The notes beneath the pieces are model-generated. The model was given only the letters and a program-made list of their open reading frames with translations. It was not told the origin of the DNA and searched no databases. Positions 28,416-39,113 of a stretch of 64,000 nt of DNA are shown here, piece after piece (within the stretch, counting starts at the first letter, position 1; every line of letters begins with the position of its first letter). Source of the DNA: Thermodesulfovibrionales bacterium (GTDB lineage Bacteria > Nitrospirota > Thermodesulfovibrionia > Thermodesulfovibrionales > SM23-35); contig CAVQRT010000007.1 of the NCBI GenBank assembly GCA_963715195.1, positions 160,001 to 224,000 on the forward strand. Reading direction: 5' to 3'. The translations under genes were made by a program, and so were the position numbers.

Positions 28416-29234
28416 TCAATGCTTCAGCAAAGCATTCCGCATGATGTCAACGTCGGGTTTCTGACCGGTCCACAATTCGAATGCCGATACACCCTGCCAG
28501 AGCAGCATGCCGAGGCCGTCAAAGGCGATACATCCTTTTCCTGATGCTACATCAAGAAGCCGTGTTTTTTTGTAGATAAGGTCATAGACAATCTGCCCCG
28601 GCCGCAAAGAGGAAGTATCGAGCGGCAGGGGATCATCATCTTTCAACCCTAATGGGGTCGCATTGATTATCATGTGATACTTTGCAAGAGCTGACAAATC
28701 ATTGCACAGCAGAGCATTATTCTTTATTCTATGTAAATCATCTGCAAGCTTCTGAACCCTGACTTTTGTCCGTCCGAACAGGGAAACGGATTTCACTTGC
28801 TGAACCAGAGCGTATCCCACGGCACGCGCCGCACCGCCTGCTCCGATAATAAGGATGTCCTTGTTTGCCAAATTGATCCTGTTTTCAGAGAGGGACTGCA
28901 TGAACCCTTTTCCGTCTGTGTTGTAGCCAGTGAGACTTCCTTCTGTGTTCACAATAGTGTTCACGGCACCGATGAAAGATGCCCCCGGATCAACCTGATC
29001 GAGGTAGCGAATCACGGTTTCTTTATGTGGTACGGTTACATTGATACCCCGGATATTCAGAGCCCGTATTGCCCTTATCGCATCTTTCAAATCATGAGGG
29101 CTGACGGGAAACGGGACATAACAGTAATCAAGCGAGAGCGCCTCAAAGGCCGCATTATGCATTGCGGGAGACAGCGTATGTTGAACCGGCCACCCGATTA
29201 TGCCGGTTATTGTTGTTTTCCCGTTGACACGCAT
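28416..29234 (-). CDS. aroE: shikimate dehydrogenase
   Basis: G.PV.HTLSP.MHN, NVTVPHK, AVNT, NTD, GAGGAA, NATPLG. Confidence 0.96.
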   Translation of the reverse strand: MRVNGKTTITGIIGWPVQHTLSPAMHNAAFEALSLDYCYVPFPVSPHDLKDAIRAIRALNIRGINVTVPHKETVIRYLDQVDPGASFIGAVNTIVNTEGSLTGYNTDGKGFMQSLSENRINLANKDILIIGAGGAARAVGYALVQQVKSVSLFGRTKVRVQKLADDLHRIKNNALLCNDLSALAKYHMIINATPLGLKDDDPLPLDTSSLRPGQIVYDLIYKKTRLLDVASGKGCIAFDGLGMLLWQGVSAFELWTGQKPDVDIMRNALLKH

Positions 29235-29243
29235 CACGGCTCC

Positions 29244-29951
29244 TTACAACAACCCGGACAGGGTATTTGTGAAGTATGCGTAATCATCAAAACACCGGTC
29301 CGGTTCAAAACCGTTGTATTCCCGGCATTCCGACCTGAAAAGGATGAACTTCATCCCTACTCTTTTTGCCCCGCTCAGGTCTTTACAGGGATTATCTCCG
29401 ACGTATATGCAATCTCCGGAGGATACCCCGATCTTTTCCATTGCTGCTCTGAACAGTCTTGGATCCGGTTTTTTGAATCCGAAGCGGGATGACAATATCC
29501 TTACCTCAAAAAACTGGTCCAGGCCGAGTTTTGCAATTTCCGGTTCTGCGTAAAGCCACTGGGCATCAGAAATAATCGCTGTTTTATAGCGAGCACTCAG
29601 AGCGAGGAGAACATCATAGATACCTTCATGAACCCTGAACTGTCGCATGGTGAGAGATCTGAAGAGTGTTGCGATATCCATGACATTTGTTTTTGTACTC
29701 CTTTTCTTTCCATATTTATTCATGATATTGAAAAATATTTTGTATACATCGACTTCCGGATGAACCTCCTTGCTCTGGTCAAGGTAATGCTGAATCCCTT
29801 CGAAATACGCCCGTTTCATTTCATCCGGCGCTATGTTGACCGAATGATAGCCAAGATAGCGTGACAGTATCTCATAGACATACGGATCATGCTCATCAGT
29901 CTTGATATCAATCAGTGTGCCGTAGAGATCAAAGAGAATCGCCTTGGTCAT
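29244..29951 (-). CDS. HAD-family hydrolase
   Basis: FDLYGTL, KPDP, YVGDN..KD..GA. Confidence 0.9.
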   Translation of the reverse strand: MTKAILFDLYGTLIDIKTDEHDPYVYEILSRYLGYHSVNIAPDEMKRAYFEGIQHYLDQSKEVHPEVDVYKIFFNIMNKYGKKRSTKTNVMDIATLFRSLTMRQFRVHEGIYDVLLALSARYKTAIISDAQWLYAEPEIAKLGLDQFFEVRILSSRFGFKKPDPRLFRAAMEKIGVSSGDCIYVGDNPCKDLSGAKRVGMKFILFRSECREYNGFEPDRCFDDYAYFTNTLSGLL

Positions 29952-29968
29952 ACAATATTATATCCTCA

Positions 29969-30661
29969 TTATATCCTCTCATTGTAGCTGGTGATGAGGA
30001 CCTGGTACCCTTCGTTTGCCAGTGTCTCTGCAAGGGAAACGGCATCTTCTCTCGCAAGAGACCTGCCGATCCTTACCCTGAAGAATGTACTCCCGTTCAG
30101 ATTAACTTCATGAATATAGACATCGCCGTATTTCAGTTCCAGAGCTCTTCTCAGACGCTGTGCATTGAAAAGGTCTCGGAATGATCCAGCCTGTATCGTC
30201 AATGCACCCTCCTGCGAGGCATATGCCACTTTTCGCATAAAAGAGGGATCTCTCCCCACATACTCAATCATTACTTCAGAGATTCCCGGTTCCAGAAGTC
30301 CGATATCCCTCGCAGCAGCGTATGACAGGTCAATATCCCTTCCGTCCACAAAAGGACCACGATCATTGACGAGGCAGCAGACAGACCTCCCGTTCGAGGG
30401 ATGTGTGACCTTAAGCTTTGTTCCAAACGGGTATTCACGATGTGCACATGTATAGGCATACATGTCGAAGGGTTCTCCCGATGAGGTAGGATTCCCGTGA
30501 AATCCGGGACCGTACCAGGACGCAATTCCGTATCCCGGTGCAGAACTGAGATGGTACGAAGCGCATGATGAGAGTGGGAATATGAAGAAGTGAATCAATA
30601 CGATAAATAAAAACCGCCTGAACCCTCGGTTTCTCAAGGATCTTAAAGGCGGATTATTCAT
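29969..30661 (-). CDS. rlpA: RlpA-family lytic transglycosylase (DPBB + SPOR)
   Basis: ASWYG, VNDRGPF, IDLS.AAA; C-terminal IQAGSF..RVRIG. Confidence 0.92.
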   Translation of the reverse strand: MNNPPLRSLRNRGFRRFLFIVLIHFFIFPLSSCASYHLSSAPGYGIASWYGPGFHGNPTSSGEPFDMYAYTCAHREYPFGTKLKVTHPSNGRSVCCLVNDRGPFVDGRDIDLSYAAARDIGLLEPGISEVMIEYVGRDPSFMRKVAYASQEGALTIQAGSFRDLFNAQRLRRALELKYGDVYIHEVNLNGSTFFRVRIGRSLAREDAVSLAETLANEGYQVLITSYNERI

Positions 30662-30718
30662 TATATCCGGAATAATGTTCCTTCCTGTCCTGTTGCAGAA
30701 TTGTGAATTACATGTCGC

Positions 30719-32056
30719 TTACAGAATATACCTGCTTAAATCCTCGTCCTTTACAATATCATTCAATTTTTCCCTTACATAGGTTCTGTCGATTCCCAGT
30801 TTTCCGTTCTTCTTTTCAGGGGCTTCAAAGGAAATATCTTCGAGAAGTTTTTCGAGCACGGTATGCAGTCGCCGTGCACCGATGTTTTCGGTTTTTTCAT
30901 TCACGCGGGCTGCGATATCCGCAATTTCTTCAATGGAATCCCCTGTAAATTGTATCGACACATCCTCCGTGAAGAGCAGTGCCGTGTACTGCTTTATGAG
31001 GGCATTGTAAGGTTCAGTCAGTATGCGCACGAATTCTTCCTTCCCGAGTGCATCGAGTTCAACCCTGATCGGAAATCTACCCTGAAGTTCCGGGATTAGA
31101 TCAGACGGCTTTGACATGTGAAATGCCCCTGCAGCAATAAAGAGGATATGTTCAGTCTTTACCGGCCCGTGTTTGGTGGTGACTGTTGTTCCTTCGACGA
31201 TGGGAAGAAGATCCCTCTGGACACCTTCTCGTGAGACGTCAGGTCCATGAGCGTGCCCTCTGCTCGCAATCTTGTCGATCTCATCGATAAAGATAATGCC
31301 GGACTGCTCTACCCGTTCAATCCCCTCACGCGTAACTTTATCGATATCAATGAGCTTGTTTGCTTCTTCCTGCTGAATGATCACCAGAGCTTCAGGAACT
31401 TTAACCTTTTTCCGTTTCGATTTTTCAGGGAGGAAATTTCCGAGCATCTCTTTCAGGTTGATTTCCAGATCCTCGAGTCCCACGTTCGAAACGACCCCGA
31501 AGGGGATAACCTTTTCCCTTACTTCTATATCAACGTACCGGTTATCCAGTTTGCCCTCTTTTAACTGTATTTTGAGCCTTTCGCGCGTTTCCCGCTGTTT
31601 TTCCCGCTCCTCTTCCTCGAGACCGCTCCGTGCAGTTTTCGGAAAGGGCAGCAAAAGGTCAAGCATACGCTCTTCGGCGAGAACCTTCGCCTTTTCCTGC
31701 ACTTTTTCCGTATGCTCCGTCTTGACCATCCCCATCGATATTTCGGTTAGATCGCGGATCATGGATTCAACGTCACGGCCGACATACCCAACCTCGGTAA
31801 ATTTCGAAGCTTCCACCTTTATGAATGGTGCGCGTGCAAGCTTCGACAGCCTTCGTGCGATTTCTGTCTTGCCCACACCTGTCGGGCCGATCATAATGAT
31901 ATTTTTCGGCAGGACCTCGTCGCGTAATTCCGGGGAGAGTCTCTGCCTCCTCCACCGGTTCCTCATGGCGATAGCAACTGCCTTTTTCGCCTTGTGTTGT
32001 CCGATGATATATTTATCCAGCTGTTCTACGATTTTTCGTGGTGTCAGATTATCCAT
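30719..32056 (-). CDS. hslU: ATP-dependent protease ATPase subunit HslU
   Basis: [32 protein letters not shown]-terminus. Confidence 0.98.
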   Translation of the reverse strand: MDNLTPRKIVEQLDKYIIGQHKAKKAVAIAMRNRWRRQRLSPELRDEVLPKNIIMIGPTGVGKTEIARRLSKLARAPFIKVEASKFTEVGYVGRDVESMIRDLTEISMGMVKTEHTEKVQEKAKVLAEERMLDLLLPFPKTARSGLEEEEREKQRETRERLKIQLKEGKLDNRYVDIEVREKVIPFGVVSNVGLEDLEINLKEMLGNFLPEKSKRKKVKVPEALVIIQQEEANKLIDIDKVTREGIERVEQSGIIFIDEIDKIASRGHAHGPDVSREGVQRDLLPIVEGTTVTTKHGPVKTEHILFIAAGAFHMSKPSDLIPELQGRFPIRVELDALGKEEFVRILTEPYNALIKQYTALLFTEDVSIQFTGDSIEEIADIAARVNEKTENIGARRLHTVLEKLLEDISFEAPEKKNGKLGIDRTYVREKLNDIVKDEDLSRYIL

Positions 32057-32582
32057 TCAACTCCTCTATGATCACGTTATTATTTGTGTAAATACAGATG
32101 TCAGAGGCAATGCTCATTGCTTTCTCGACAACCTCCCGCGCTGAAAGATTCGTGTTTTCGATCAAAGCCCGTGCGGCCGCCTGTGCATAAGGGCCCCCGG
32201 AACCGATTGCGGAAACGCCGTCTTCCGGTTCAATGACATCGCCTGTACCCGAGAGAATAAATGTGTGTTCATGGTCGGCAATAATGAGAAGCGCTTCGAG
32301 CCTTCTCAGGATTTTATCGGTTCTCCAGTCCTTTGCAAGCTCTACAGATGCCCGGGTAATATTCCCGCGGTACGATTCCAGTTTGCCTTCAAACTTTTCG
32401 AACAGGGTGAAAGCGTCTGCCGTAGCTCCCGAAAATCCTGCGAGGACTTTTTCTCCATACATTTTTCTGATCTTGCGCGCATTCCGTTTCAGGACGGTGT
32501 TCCCCATAGTGACCTGACCGTCTCCACCTATGGCAACGTTTCCGCCATTCCTCACACAGAGTATCGTCGTCCCTTTCAGCAT
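32049..32582 (-). CDS. hslV: ATP-dependent protease subunit HslV
   Basis: GTTIL, GDGQVT, IGSGG, DICIYTN. Confidence 0.98.
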   Translation of the reverse strand: MLKGTTILCVRNGGNVAIGGDGQVTMGNTVLKRNARKIRKMYGEKVLAGFSGATADAFTLFEKFEGKLESYRGNITRASVELAKDWRTDKILRRLEALLIIADHEHTFILSGTGDVIEPEDGVSAIGSGGPYAQAAARALIENTNLSAREVVEKAMSIASDICIYTNNNVIIEELNG

Positions 32583-32661
32583 GGGTAATTCCTCAATAGT
32601 AACGAATTGTCAGGCAAAGATTCTATCCCGTCAATAACGTGATATTATAAACCATTTGGAT

Positions 32662-33537
32662 TCAATCTTTTTTTGCCAAGGGATGTGCCTTATCATATAC
32701 ATCCATGAGATGCGTTATGTCCAGATGCGTATACTTCTGAGTTGTTGAAAGCGATGAGTGGCCGAGGAGTTCCTGTATGACCCTGAGGTCTGCTCCTCCC
32801 TGAAGCAGGTGGCTCGCAAAGGAGTGCCGGAGCGTATGCGGTCCGATTCGCCCGTGGAGTGCTATCGCACGCGCATATTTTACAACAATCCGCCGCACCC
32901 CTCTCTCCGTTAATCGCTTCCCTGTCCTGTTCAGAAAAAGTGCCTCTTCATTCCTTTTGAGCAACATTCTCTCCACGATATATGATTTCATCGCATCGAG
33001 CGCCTTTGAACCAATGGGGACAATACGCTCTTTCTTCCCTTTTCCCCTGATCTTTACGAGGGATTCCTTCAGGTTCATATCGTCTGTATTGATTCCCGAC
33101 AGTTCACTCACCCTCAGGCCGCTTGAATAGAGGAGTTCAAGGATAGCCCTATCGCGGACAGGGATGAACCCGATTCCCTGGGGTTTTTCGACGAGGGAAA
33201 AAACATCATCAACTGAGAGGAACCTCGGAAGACGCTTTGGGACTTTCGGATTCGAAACGAGTTTCGCCGGATTGGTTTTCATATACCCTTCACGGTACAG
33301 GAATTTGAAGAAGGACCGGATGCTTGACAGGCGGCGGCTTACCGTTGTCCTGTTCAATCCCTTCTGTATCTGCGCCGCAATAAAACCACGGATATCAATG
33401 ACATCCAGACTATTGGGCATATCCCCGACGGATTCGGCAAACTCGTCGAGATCTCTTCTGTAGGCACGCACAGTATGGGACGATACACCCTTTTCAAGAT
33501 CAAGATAGCGGATGAATTTTTCGATGTAGTCTTTCAA
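32662..33537 (-). CDS. xerC: tyrosine recombinase XerC
   Basis: GLRVSE, GKG.KER, HTLRH, LGH, catalytic Y; xerC-hslVU synteny. Confidence 0.92.
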   Translation of the reverse strand: MKDYIEKFIRYLDLEKGVSSHTVRAYRRDLDEFAESVGDMPNSLDVIDIRGFIAAQIQKGLNRTTVSRRLSSIRSFFKFLYREGYMKTNPAKLVSNPKVPKRLPRFLSVDDVFSLVEKPQGIGFIPVRDRAILELLYSSGLRVSELSGINTDDMNLKESLVKIRGKGKKERIVPIGSKALDAMKSYIVERMLLKRNEEALFLNRTGKRLTERGVRRIVVKYARAIALHGRIGPHTLRHSFASHLLQGGADLRVIQELLGHSSLSTTQKYTHLDITHLMDVYDKAHPLAKKD

Positions 33538-33575
33538 TGAATATTATGTGTTCATCAAAAAGATAAATGAGAAAA

Positions 33576-33716
33576 GTGCAGGTATTTGATAAATTTTATT
33601 TTGATACCTTAGTGTACATCGAATTGATGATTTAGTGAATATTTTTATCCGGATAGTGATGATAGATATTTCAACCAAATCATCAAGTTAAAAAATTATG
33701 TACACGATGTCTGCAC
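33576..33716. repeat. long imperfect nested inverted repeat
   Basis: GTGCAG/CTGCAC, GTGTACAT/ATGTACAC, TTGATGATTT/AAATCATCAA nested arms. Confidence 0.7.
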
Positions 33717-33724
33717 CTTTACGG

Positions 33725-34660
33725 TTAGGGCTTGTCTTTGAGTACCGCCAAGGTCTTTTCGAGGCTGTCCATATCCTCAACATTGAAAACTGCTGCGGAT
33801 GCATCGATTCTCTTTATTAATCCTGACAGCACTTTTCCGGGCCCTACTTCCAGAAATGTGGTAATCCCGGAATCCATGATAGCCCTCACAGAATCCTCCC
33901 AGAGGAGCGGATGGTTGAGCTGGCGCACAAGTGATTTTTTTATTACCTGTGCATCGGTCAGGAACCGTGCATCGGCATTGCTGACAACGGGAACAGAGGG
34001 ATTGTTGAACACGATCGTATCGAGCAAATCCGACAGTTGCTGCGATGCCCCATCCATCAACCGGCAATGAGACGGAACACTTACGGCAAGAGGCACCGCC
34101 TTCTTTGCACCTGCACCCTTGCTGATTTCAATCGCTTCCACGACAGCTTCTTTTTCCCCTGCTATAACAATCTGCCCGGGGCAGTTATAATTTGCAGGTG
34201 CGGCATACCCTGACTTTACAGATAAGCAGATATCCGCAACCTTCCCTCTGTCAAGACCGAGAACCGCCGCCATTATCCCTTTCCCCTCGGGAATAGCTTC
34301 CTGCATAAAGAATCCCCTCTTTTCAGCAACCTTTATCGCATCGGAAAAAGATAATGCTCCCGCTGCCACAAGGGCGGAATATTCACCAAGGCTATGGCCG
34401 GCAACAACCGAAGGACTGATATCTTTTTCGCTGAGAACTCTGTGCAAGGCCATGCTTGCTGTGAGAATGCAGGGTTGTGTCCTGAACGTTCTGTTCAGTT
34501 CTTCGGCCGGACCGGAAAAGGATACCTGTGCTATATCGTAACCCAATGCATCAGAAGCTTCTGCGAAAGTTGCCCTCGCCACAGGGAAATTATCTGAAAT
34601 TTCCTTTCCCATTCCGACATACTGCGAACCCTGTCCGGGAAAGACAAAAGCAAGCTTCAT
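33725..34660 (-). CDS. fabD: malonyl-CoA-ACP transacylase
   Basis: FPGQGSQ, GHSLGE, AN.N.PGQ, EVGPG. Confidence 0.97.
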   Translation of the reverse strand: MKLAFVFPGQGSQYVGMGKEISDNFPVARATFAEASDALGYDIAQVSFSGPAEELNRTFRTQPCILTASMALHRVLSEKDISPSVVAGHSLGEYSALVAAGALSFSDAIKVAEKRGFFMQEAIPEGKGIMAAVLGLDRGKVADICLSVKSGYAAPANYNCPGQIVIAGEKEAVVEAIEISKGAGAKKAVPLAVSVPSHCRLMDGASQQLSDLLDTIVFNNPSVPVVSNADARFLTDAQVIKKSLVRQLNHPLLWEDSVRAIMDSGITTFLEVGPGKVLSGLIKRIDASAAVFNVEDMDSLEKTLAVLKDKP

Positions 34661-34662
34661 GC

Positions 34663-35856
34663 TCAGGATCCCCTGAATTCCCGTATTTTCTTGATCAGCA
34701 GCGGTACGATCTCATAGAGGTCTCCGACTATGCCATACGTCGCCACATTGAATATGGGAGCTTCAGGGTTCTTGTTGATTGCTATAATAACGTCTGATGA
34801 CTGCATGCCCACGAGATGCTGGACAGCCCCTGATATCCCGCAGGCAACATACAGTTTCGGACATACCGTTTTCCCCGTCTGTCCGACCTGATGCCTGTAA
34901 GGCATCCACCCGGAGTCAACAGCCGCCCTTGAAGAGCCGACTGCACCACCAAGGAGCTCGGCAAGCTCCTCAAGAAGTTTAAAACCTTTCGGGTCACCCA
35001 GTCCCCTTCCTCCGGAAACAATGATGTCTGCCTCCTGAAGATTCACCATGCAGTCTGATGTTTCTTTCACTGTCTGGAGAACCTTTGTACGTAACCGTAA
35101 TCCATCCGAGGTTACCTGGATGATATCCCCTTTTCTTGCTTCATCATACCCGCAGCGTTTCATCACCCTTGGCCTGACCGTGGCCATTTGCGGTCTGTAA
35201 TGCGGGCAGAGGATCGTGGCCATGATATTACCGCCAAAGGTAGGCCGTATCTGTAGAAGGTTTCCTGTATCCCTATCGATTTCAAGGGATGTACAGTCGG
35301 CGGTAAGACCTGTCCTCAGCCGTGCTGCAACCCGCGGGAAAAAAGAACGGCCGATCGGGGTTGCACCGGTGAGCACAATTTCAGGACGGTGCTGGAGAAT
35401 AAGTGAATGCAGTAATTGTGCGTACGGTTCATCATTGAAATGTTCGAAGACAGGATCAGTGGAGTGATAGACTCTGTCGGCACCCCATTTAATGAGCTCT
35501 TCTGCTTCTGCTGGCGCTGCGCCAAACAGAACTGCTGACAGGTCGGTAGCAAGAACATCAGCCAGCTTTCTTCCGATGCCGATGAGTTCATATGCAACAG
35601 AGGCGATCTTTCCCTCCCGCTGTTCCGCAAAAACCCATACGCCTTTATACGCATGGACATCTTCGGTGCCGGCCGGTGCTTCCCGTTGAACTTCGATAAT
35701 CGCTCCCTCCGGACAGATGCTGACGCAGGACATGCACGCCTCGCAATATTCGTTGATGAACGCCTTCCCTTCCTTCATCACGATTGCTTCAACAGGACAT
35801 GATGAGATGCATTCCCCGCAACCGTTGCATTTATCGGCATTGACAATTACAGGCAT
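34663..35856 (-). CDS. etfA: electron transfer flavoprotein alpha with N-terminal 2x[4Fe-4S] domain
   Basis: Two CxxCxxCxxxCP motifs; GLTADCT, RPTFGG, QVGQTG, GISGA.QH. Confidence 0.95.
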   Translation of the reverse strand: MPVIVNADKCNGCGECISSCPVEAIVMKEGKAFINEYCEACMSCVSICPEGAIIEVQREAPAGTEDVHAYKGVWVFAEQREGKIASVAYELIGIGRKLADVLATDLSAVLFGAAPAEAEELIKWGADRVYHSTDPVFEHFNDEPYAQLLHSLILQHRPEIVLTGATPIGRSFFPRVAARLRTGLTADCTSLEIDRDTGNLLQIRPTFGGNIMATILCPHYRPQMATVRPRVMKRCGYDEARKGDIIQVTSDGLRLRTKVLQTVKETSDCMVNLQEADIIVSGGRGLGDPKGFKLLEELAELLGGAVGSSRAAVDSGWMPYRHQVGQTGKTVCPKLYVACGISGAVQHLVGMQSSDVIIAINKNPEAPIFNVATYGIVGDLYEIVPLLIKKIREFRGS

Positions 35857-36629
35857 TTTATCCCCCTGAGTTCCTGTAGCAGTGCGTCAACCTGTTCTTC
35901 GGGTGTACCTTCGAGCATTTTTCTCCCTGAACGCGCATCAGGCGTAAAGATATTTTTCACCTGTGTCGGTGAACCCTTCATTCCAAGATCACTTTCGTCT
36001 GCCATGATGTCGGACTGGCCCCATTTCTTAATGACTGCCTTCTTTGCCGCCATCTTCCCCTTCAGGGAGGGCAGCCTCGGTTCATTCAGTTCCTTGACGA
36101 CCGTTAAGAGTACCGGAAGGGAGGATTCGACCACATCATATCCTTCATCCATAAGCCTTTGAACCTTTATGGATGTATCAGTGATTTCTTCAATCTTTCT
36201 TACGTAGGAAATATGAGGGATATCCAGAAATTCGGCTGTTTCAGGCCCCACCTGCGCGGTATCGCCGTCGATCGCCTGCTTCCCGCAGATGATGATGTCG
36301 GCGCCGATCTTCCGTATTGCCTTTGAAAGCGTAAACGATGTTGCCCATGTATCAGAGCCGGCAAAGGATCTGTCCGAGAGAAGAATCGCATCGTCAGCAC
36401 CCATGGCAATAGCGTCCCTGAGGGCCGTTTCAGCCTGAGGGGGTCCCATGGTCAGAACGGTCACAGATCCTTTCGCCCTTTCCTTGATATGAAGCCCGGC
36501 CTCAAGAGCGTTGAGGTCAAACGGATTAATGATGCTCGGAACACCCTCCCGGATCAATGTACCGGTCTCAGGGTTTATCCTGACCTCAGCAGTATCAGGC
36601 ACCTGCTTGATGCACACAACAATATTCAT
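35847..36629 (-). CDS. etfB: electron transfer flavoprotein beta
   Basis: CIKQVPD, NPFD, GKQAIDGDTAQVGP, NEPR. Confidence 0.96.
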   Translation of the reverse strand: MNIVVCIKQVPDTAEVRINPETGTLIREGVPSIINPFDLNALEAGLHIKERAKGSVTVLTMGPPQAETALRDAIAMGADDAILLSDRSFAGSDTWATSFTLSKAIRKIGADIIICGKQAIDGDTAQVGPETAEFLDIPHISYVRKIEEITDTSIKVQRLMDEGYDVVESSLPVLLTVVKELNEPRLPSLKGKMAAKKAVIKKWGQSDIMADESDLGMKGSPTQVKNIFTPDARSGRKMLEGTPEEQVDALLQELRGIKCL

Positions 36630-36756
36630 GACGAATCATCCTTTCGTGATAAGAAAATTTGCATATGAAGCGAATGTGTATTATACGACGGTAAATTTTG
36701 TGATGTAAAGGCAAACAACCTGTATACGTAAACTGTTGATCAAAACAGCATCAATA

Positions 36757-37491
36757 TTATTGTATCCCAATGCGAAAACGGTAGTTCATGTAGCTGAAGA
36801 TTGCCCCGTCAGGGATAATCTGTTCGAGTTTTAGTCCGTCGGATACATACTGCCCCTCTTTCATCGTCAGGCCGTTGACCCGTACTATTCTTGAAGCAGG
36901 ATCATCAGAGTACAGGAAAACAGAGAACCTCAAGTCAGGCAGCTTCTGCCTCAGGGAAGCAGGCAGTTCTTCAAGGCCATACAGCTTATTCGTATCGGGA
37001 GGCGGTATCTCCTTCTCAGGTTTCGGTCCAGAGAGCGCGTCAGCAGGAGATGCCTTCATGCCCTCCTGCTCGGTCTCTGTACTTTTTTGTTCAGGATGCT
37101 TTATGCCTTTTTTGTGTTCCCGCGGATTCGTGATGTCCTGGGATGAATTTCCGGTAATAGTCACCTCTTTCACGGGAATATGCTGACGTTCATCTGTTCT
37201 TGCTTGAGAAATGTTTTCTGTTTGGCTCTGCGTCAGATTCTGTGCCTGTGACTCATGAACCGCCTGATTCAATCGCTCCCGCTGTCCCGGAGTTTTCTGT
37301 GCGTACCAGATGCCAAACCATAATCCTGATACCAGGGTAATCACAAGCAATGTCCCTATAACCAGGGAAGACCGGGCAACACGGCCCTTCCTTTGGGGGT
37401 GAAGGTGGTCCTGAACAGTGAGCGGGTCGGGAATTAATGCACGTTTGCGCTCTCTTTCAGATTTTCTGAGTGCGTCAAGAATATACGACAT
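36757..37491 (-). CDS. gspB: general secretion pathway protein GspB/ExeB
   Basis: MSYILDALRKSERER N-terminus, TM, C-terminal YS.DP.SR...NG..EG. Confidence 0.88.
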   Translation of the reverse strand: MSYILDALRKSERERKRALIPDPLTVQDHLHPQRKGRVARSSLVIGTLLVITLVSGLWFGIWYAQKTPGQRERLNQAVHESQAQNLTQSQTENISQARTDERQHIPVKEVTITGNSSQDITNPREHKKGIKHPEQKSTETEQEGMKASPADALSGPKPEKEIPPPDTNKLYGLEELPASLRQKLPDLRFSVFLYSDDPASRIVRVNGLTMKEGQYVSDGLKLEQIIPDGAIFSYMNYRFRIGIQ

Positions 37492-37508
37492 GATTCTTCA
37501 TCCTCCTG

Positions 37509-39101
37509 TCACCTTGATAGGAACGGCTCGTTTGTGCCGGATTTATTCAAAATGCAAATAAAAGTCTGTGATCCGACAATGCCGTCAACCTCAAGACCTT
37601 CACTGCTCTGAAATTTTTTCACCCGCTCGACAAGCCCATCATGGTAGATATCTGCCGGATTCGGATTTTCCTGTATTCCGGATAGGCGTGTCATTTGATT
37701 GTCCAGCCACCGAACTATAGGTCCCTGGTTTCCTGGATAGATGCCTCCGGAATAGTATTTTGGGGCTCTCCACAGGAGCAGGTACTCTCCCTTCCATCTC
37801 TTTTCGATCTCTGCCGCCTCTACATTTCTTGGTTCTTGTCCGACCACAATAACAGCGCTCTGCCCTTTCATTTCTTTCAGGAAAACAAAATATTCTCTTT
37901 CCTGATTATCGTGGAGCTTCAATACCGCAGGTCTGTTGAGAATACGCAGCGTTTTCAGGTCACCCTTCTTTTCAAGACAACGGAGGTCTTCTTTCCAAAC
38001 AGACCTGCACGCATCATCCGGCTCCTGCAGGGAGAACGGAATACTCCACTCCTGAAAGAGAGCCCGGTATGCCAGCCCTTTGCTGCTTTCAACAGGTACT
38101 CCGACAGGCCAATCCAATGAATCAGGATTCTGTGCTGCGGTGCTTTCTGCCTCTTCTTCCGATGTGACGCTTGTTTCAAAAAGGAACAGAGGGGTTTTTT
38201 GATAATACCATGTTGCGGCGAGCGCTGTCCCGCAAATGATAAAGACGAGTGCTGCAATGCTCCATGTTAATGTTCTTTTCTGCTGAACTCCCGGCTTCCC
38301 AAGAACTTCTCCGGCGGCCCTGACTAATATCTTCCTGTCGACATGCAACTTCCCCAGCACATACGCTCCCAGGAGAGCACGATCGCATATGATATTGATC
38401 AGCCGAGGGACACCCCGACTGAGCGAATGAAGTTTCCGAATAACCGTAACCGGAAAAATGTTGTACGATGCTCCGGCTACGAAAAGCCGGTGATTCACAT
38501 ATGCACCGACATCTGTTTTTGATAGAGGTCCCATGTGATAGCGCGCCGTTATTCGCTGTGACAGCTGGGACATTTCAGGCCTTGAGAGCATATCCCTCAA
38601 CTCGGGCTGACCGATCATGACTATCTGGAGCAGTTTCTGCTCGTTGGTCTCAAGATTCGTCAGAAGCCTGATTTGCTCAAGTACATCCGGTTCGAGATTT
38701 TGCGCCTCATCAATGAGAAGGACTGTTTTTCTTCCGAGTGAATGTGCATCAAGCAAAAATGCGTTGATCACATCCACAAAAATCTTTACGCTGGTACAGC
38801 CAGTGATATACGGTATCTGCAATTCATCGCACACGGTTGCGAGGAGCTCTTCGGCAGTCACTTTCGGATTGAGGATGAGAGCAATGTTTACATTGTCGGG
38901 GATCTGCTCGAGGAAGCAGCGGCTGACGGTTGTTTTCCCGGTACCGACGTCACCGGTAAGCAGGACAAATCCTCCATCGGTATTGATACCGTACATGAGG
39001 TGGGCAAGGGCTTCACGGTGCTGCTCGCTCATGAAGAGATACCGGGGGTCCGGCGCAATCGAAAAAGGCAGCTCCTTCAAACCAAAATGATGGGTGTACA
39101 T
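37509..39101 (-). CDS. gspA: GspA/ExeA ATPase with peptidoglycan-binding C-terminus
   Basis: PFSIAPDP, GDVGTGKT, IDEAQNL, GQPEL, G.PR.IN..CD, FQ...GL.VDGIVG. Confidence 0.92.
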   Translation of the reverse strand: MYTHHFGLKELPFSIAPDPRYLFMSEQHREALAHLMYGINTDGGFVLLTGDVGTGKTTVSRCFLEQIPDNVNIALILNPKVTAEELLATVCDELQIPYITGCTSVKIFVDVINAFLLDAHSLGRKTVLLIDEAQNLEPDVLEQIRLLTNLETNEQKLLQIVMIGQPELRDMLSRPEMSQLSQRITARYHMGPLSKTDVGAYVNHRLFVAGASYNIFPVTVIRKLHSLSRGVPRLINIICDRALLGAYVLGKLHVDRKILVRAAGEVLGKPGVQQKRTLTWSIAALVFIICGTALAATWYYQKTPLFLFETSVTSEEEAESTAAQNPDSLDWPVGVPVESSKGLAYRALFQEWSIPFSLQEPDDACRSVWKEDLRCLEKKGDLKTLRILNRPAVLKLHDNQEREYFVFLKEMKGQSAVIVVGQEPRNVEAAEIEKRWKGEYLLLWRAPKYYSGGIYPGNQGPIVRWLDNQMTRLSGIQENPNPADIYHDGLVERVKKFQSSEGLEVDGIVGSQTFICILNKSGTNEPFLSR

Positions 39102-39113
39102 GGGACTATGTAT

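Noticed and set aside
33527..33554. dif-like sequence (AATGAATATTATGT) over the xerC start
   Set aside because: Only the centre resembles dif; both outer arms match poorly and the region is AT-rich
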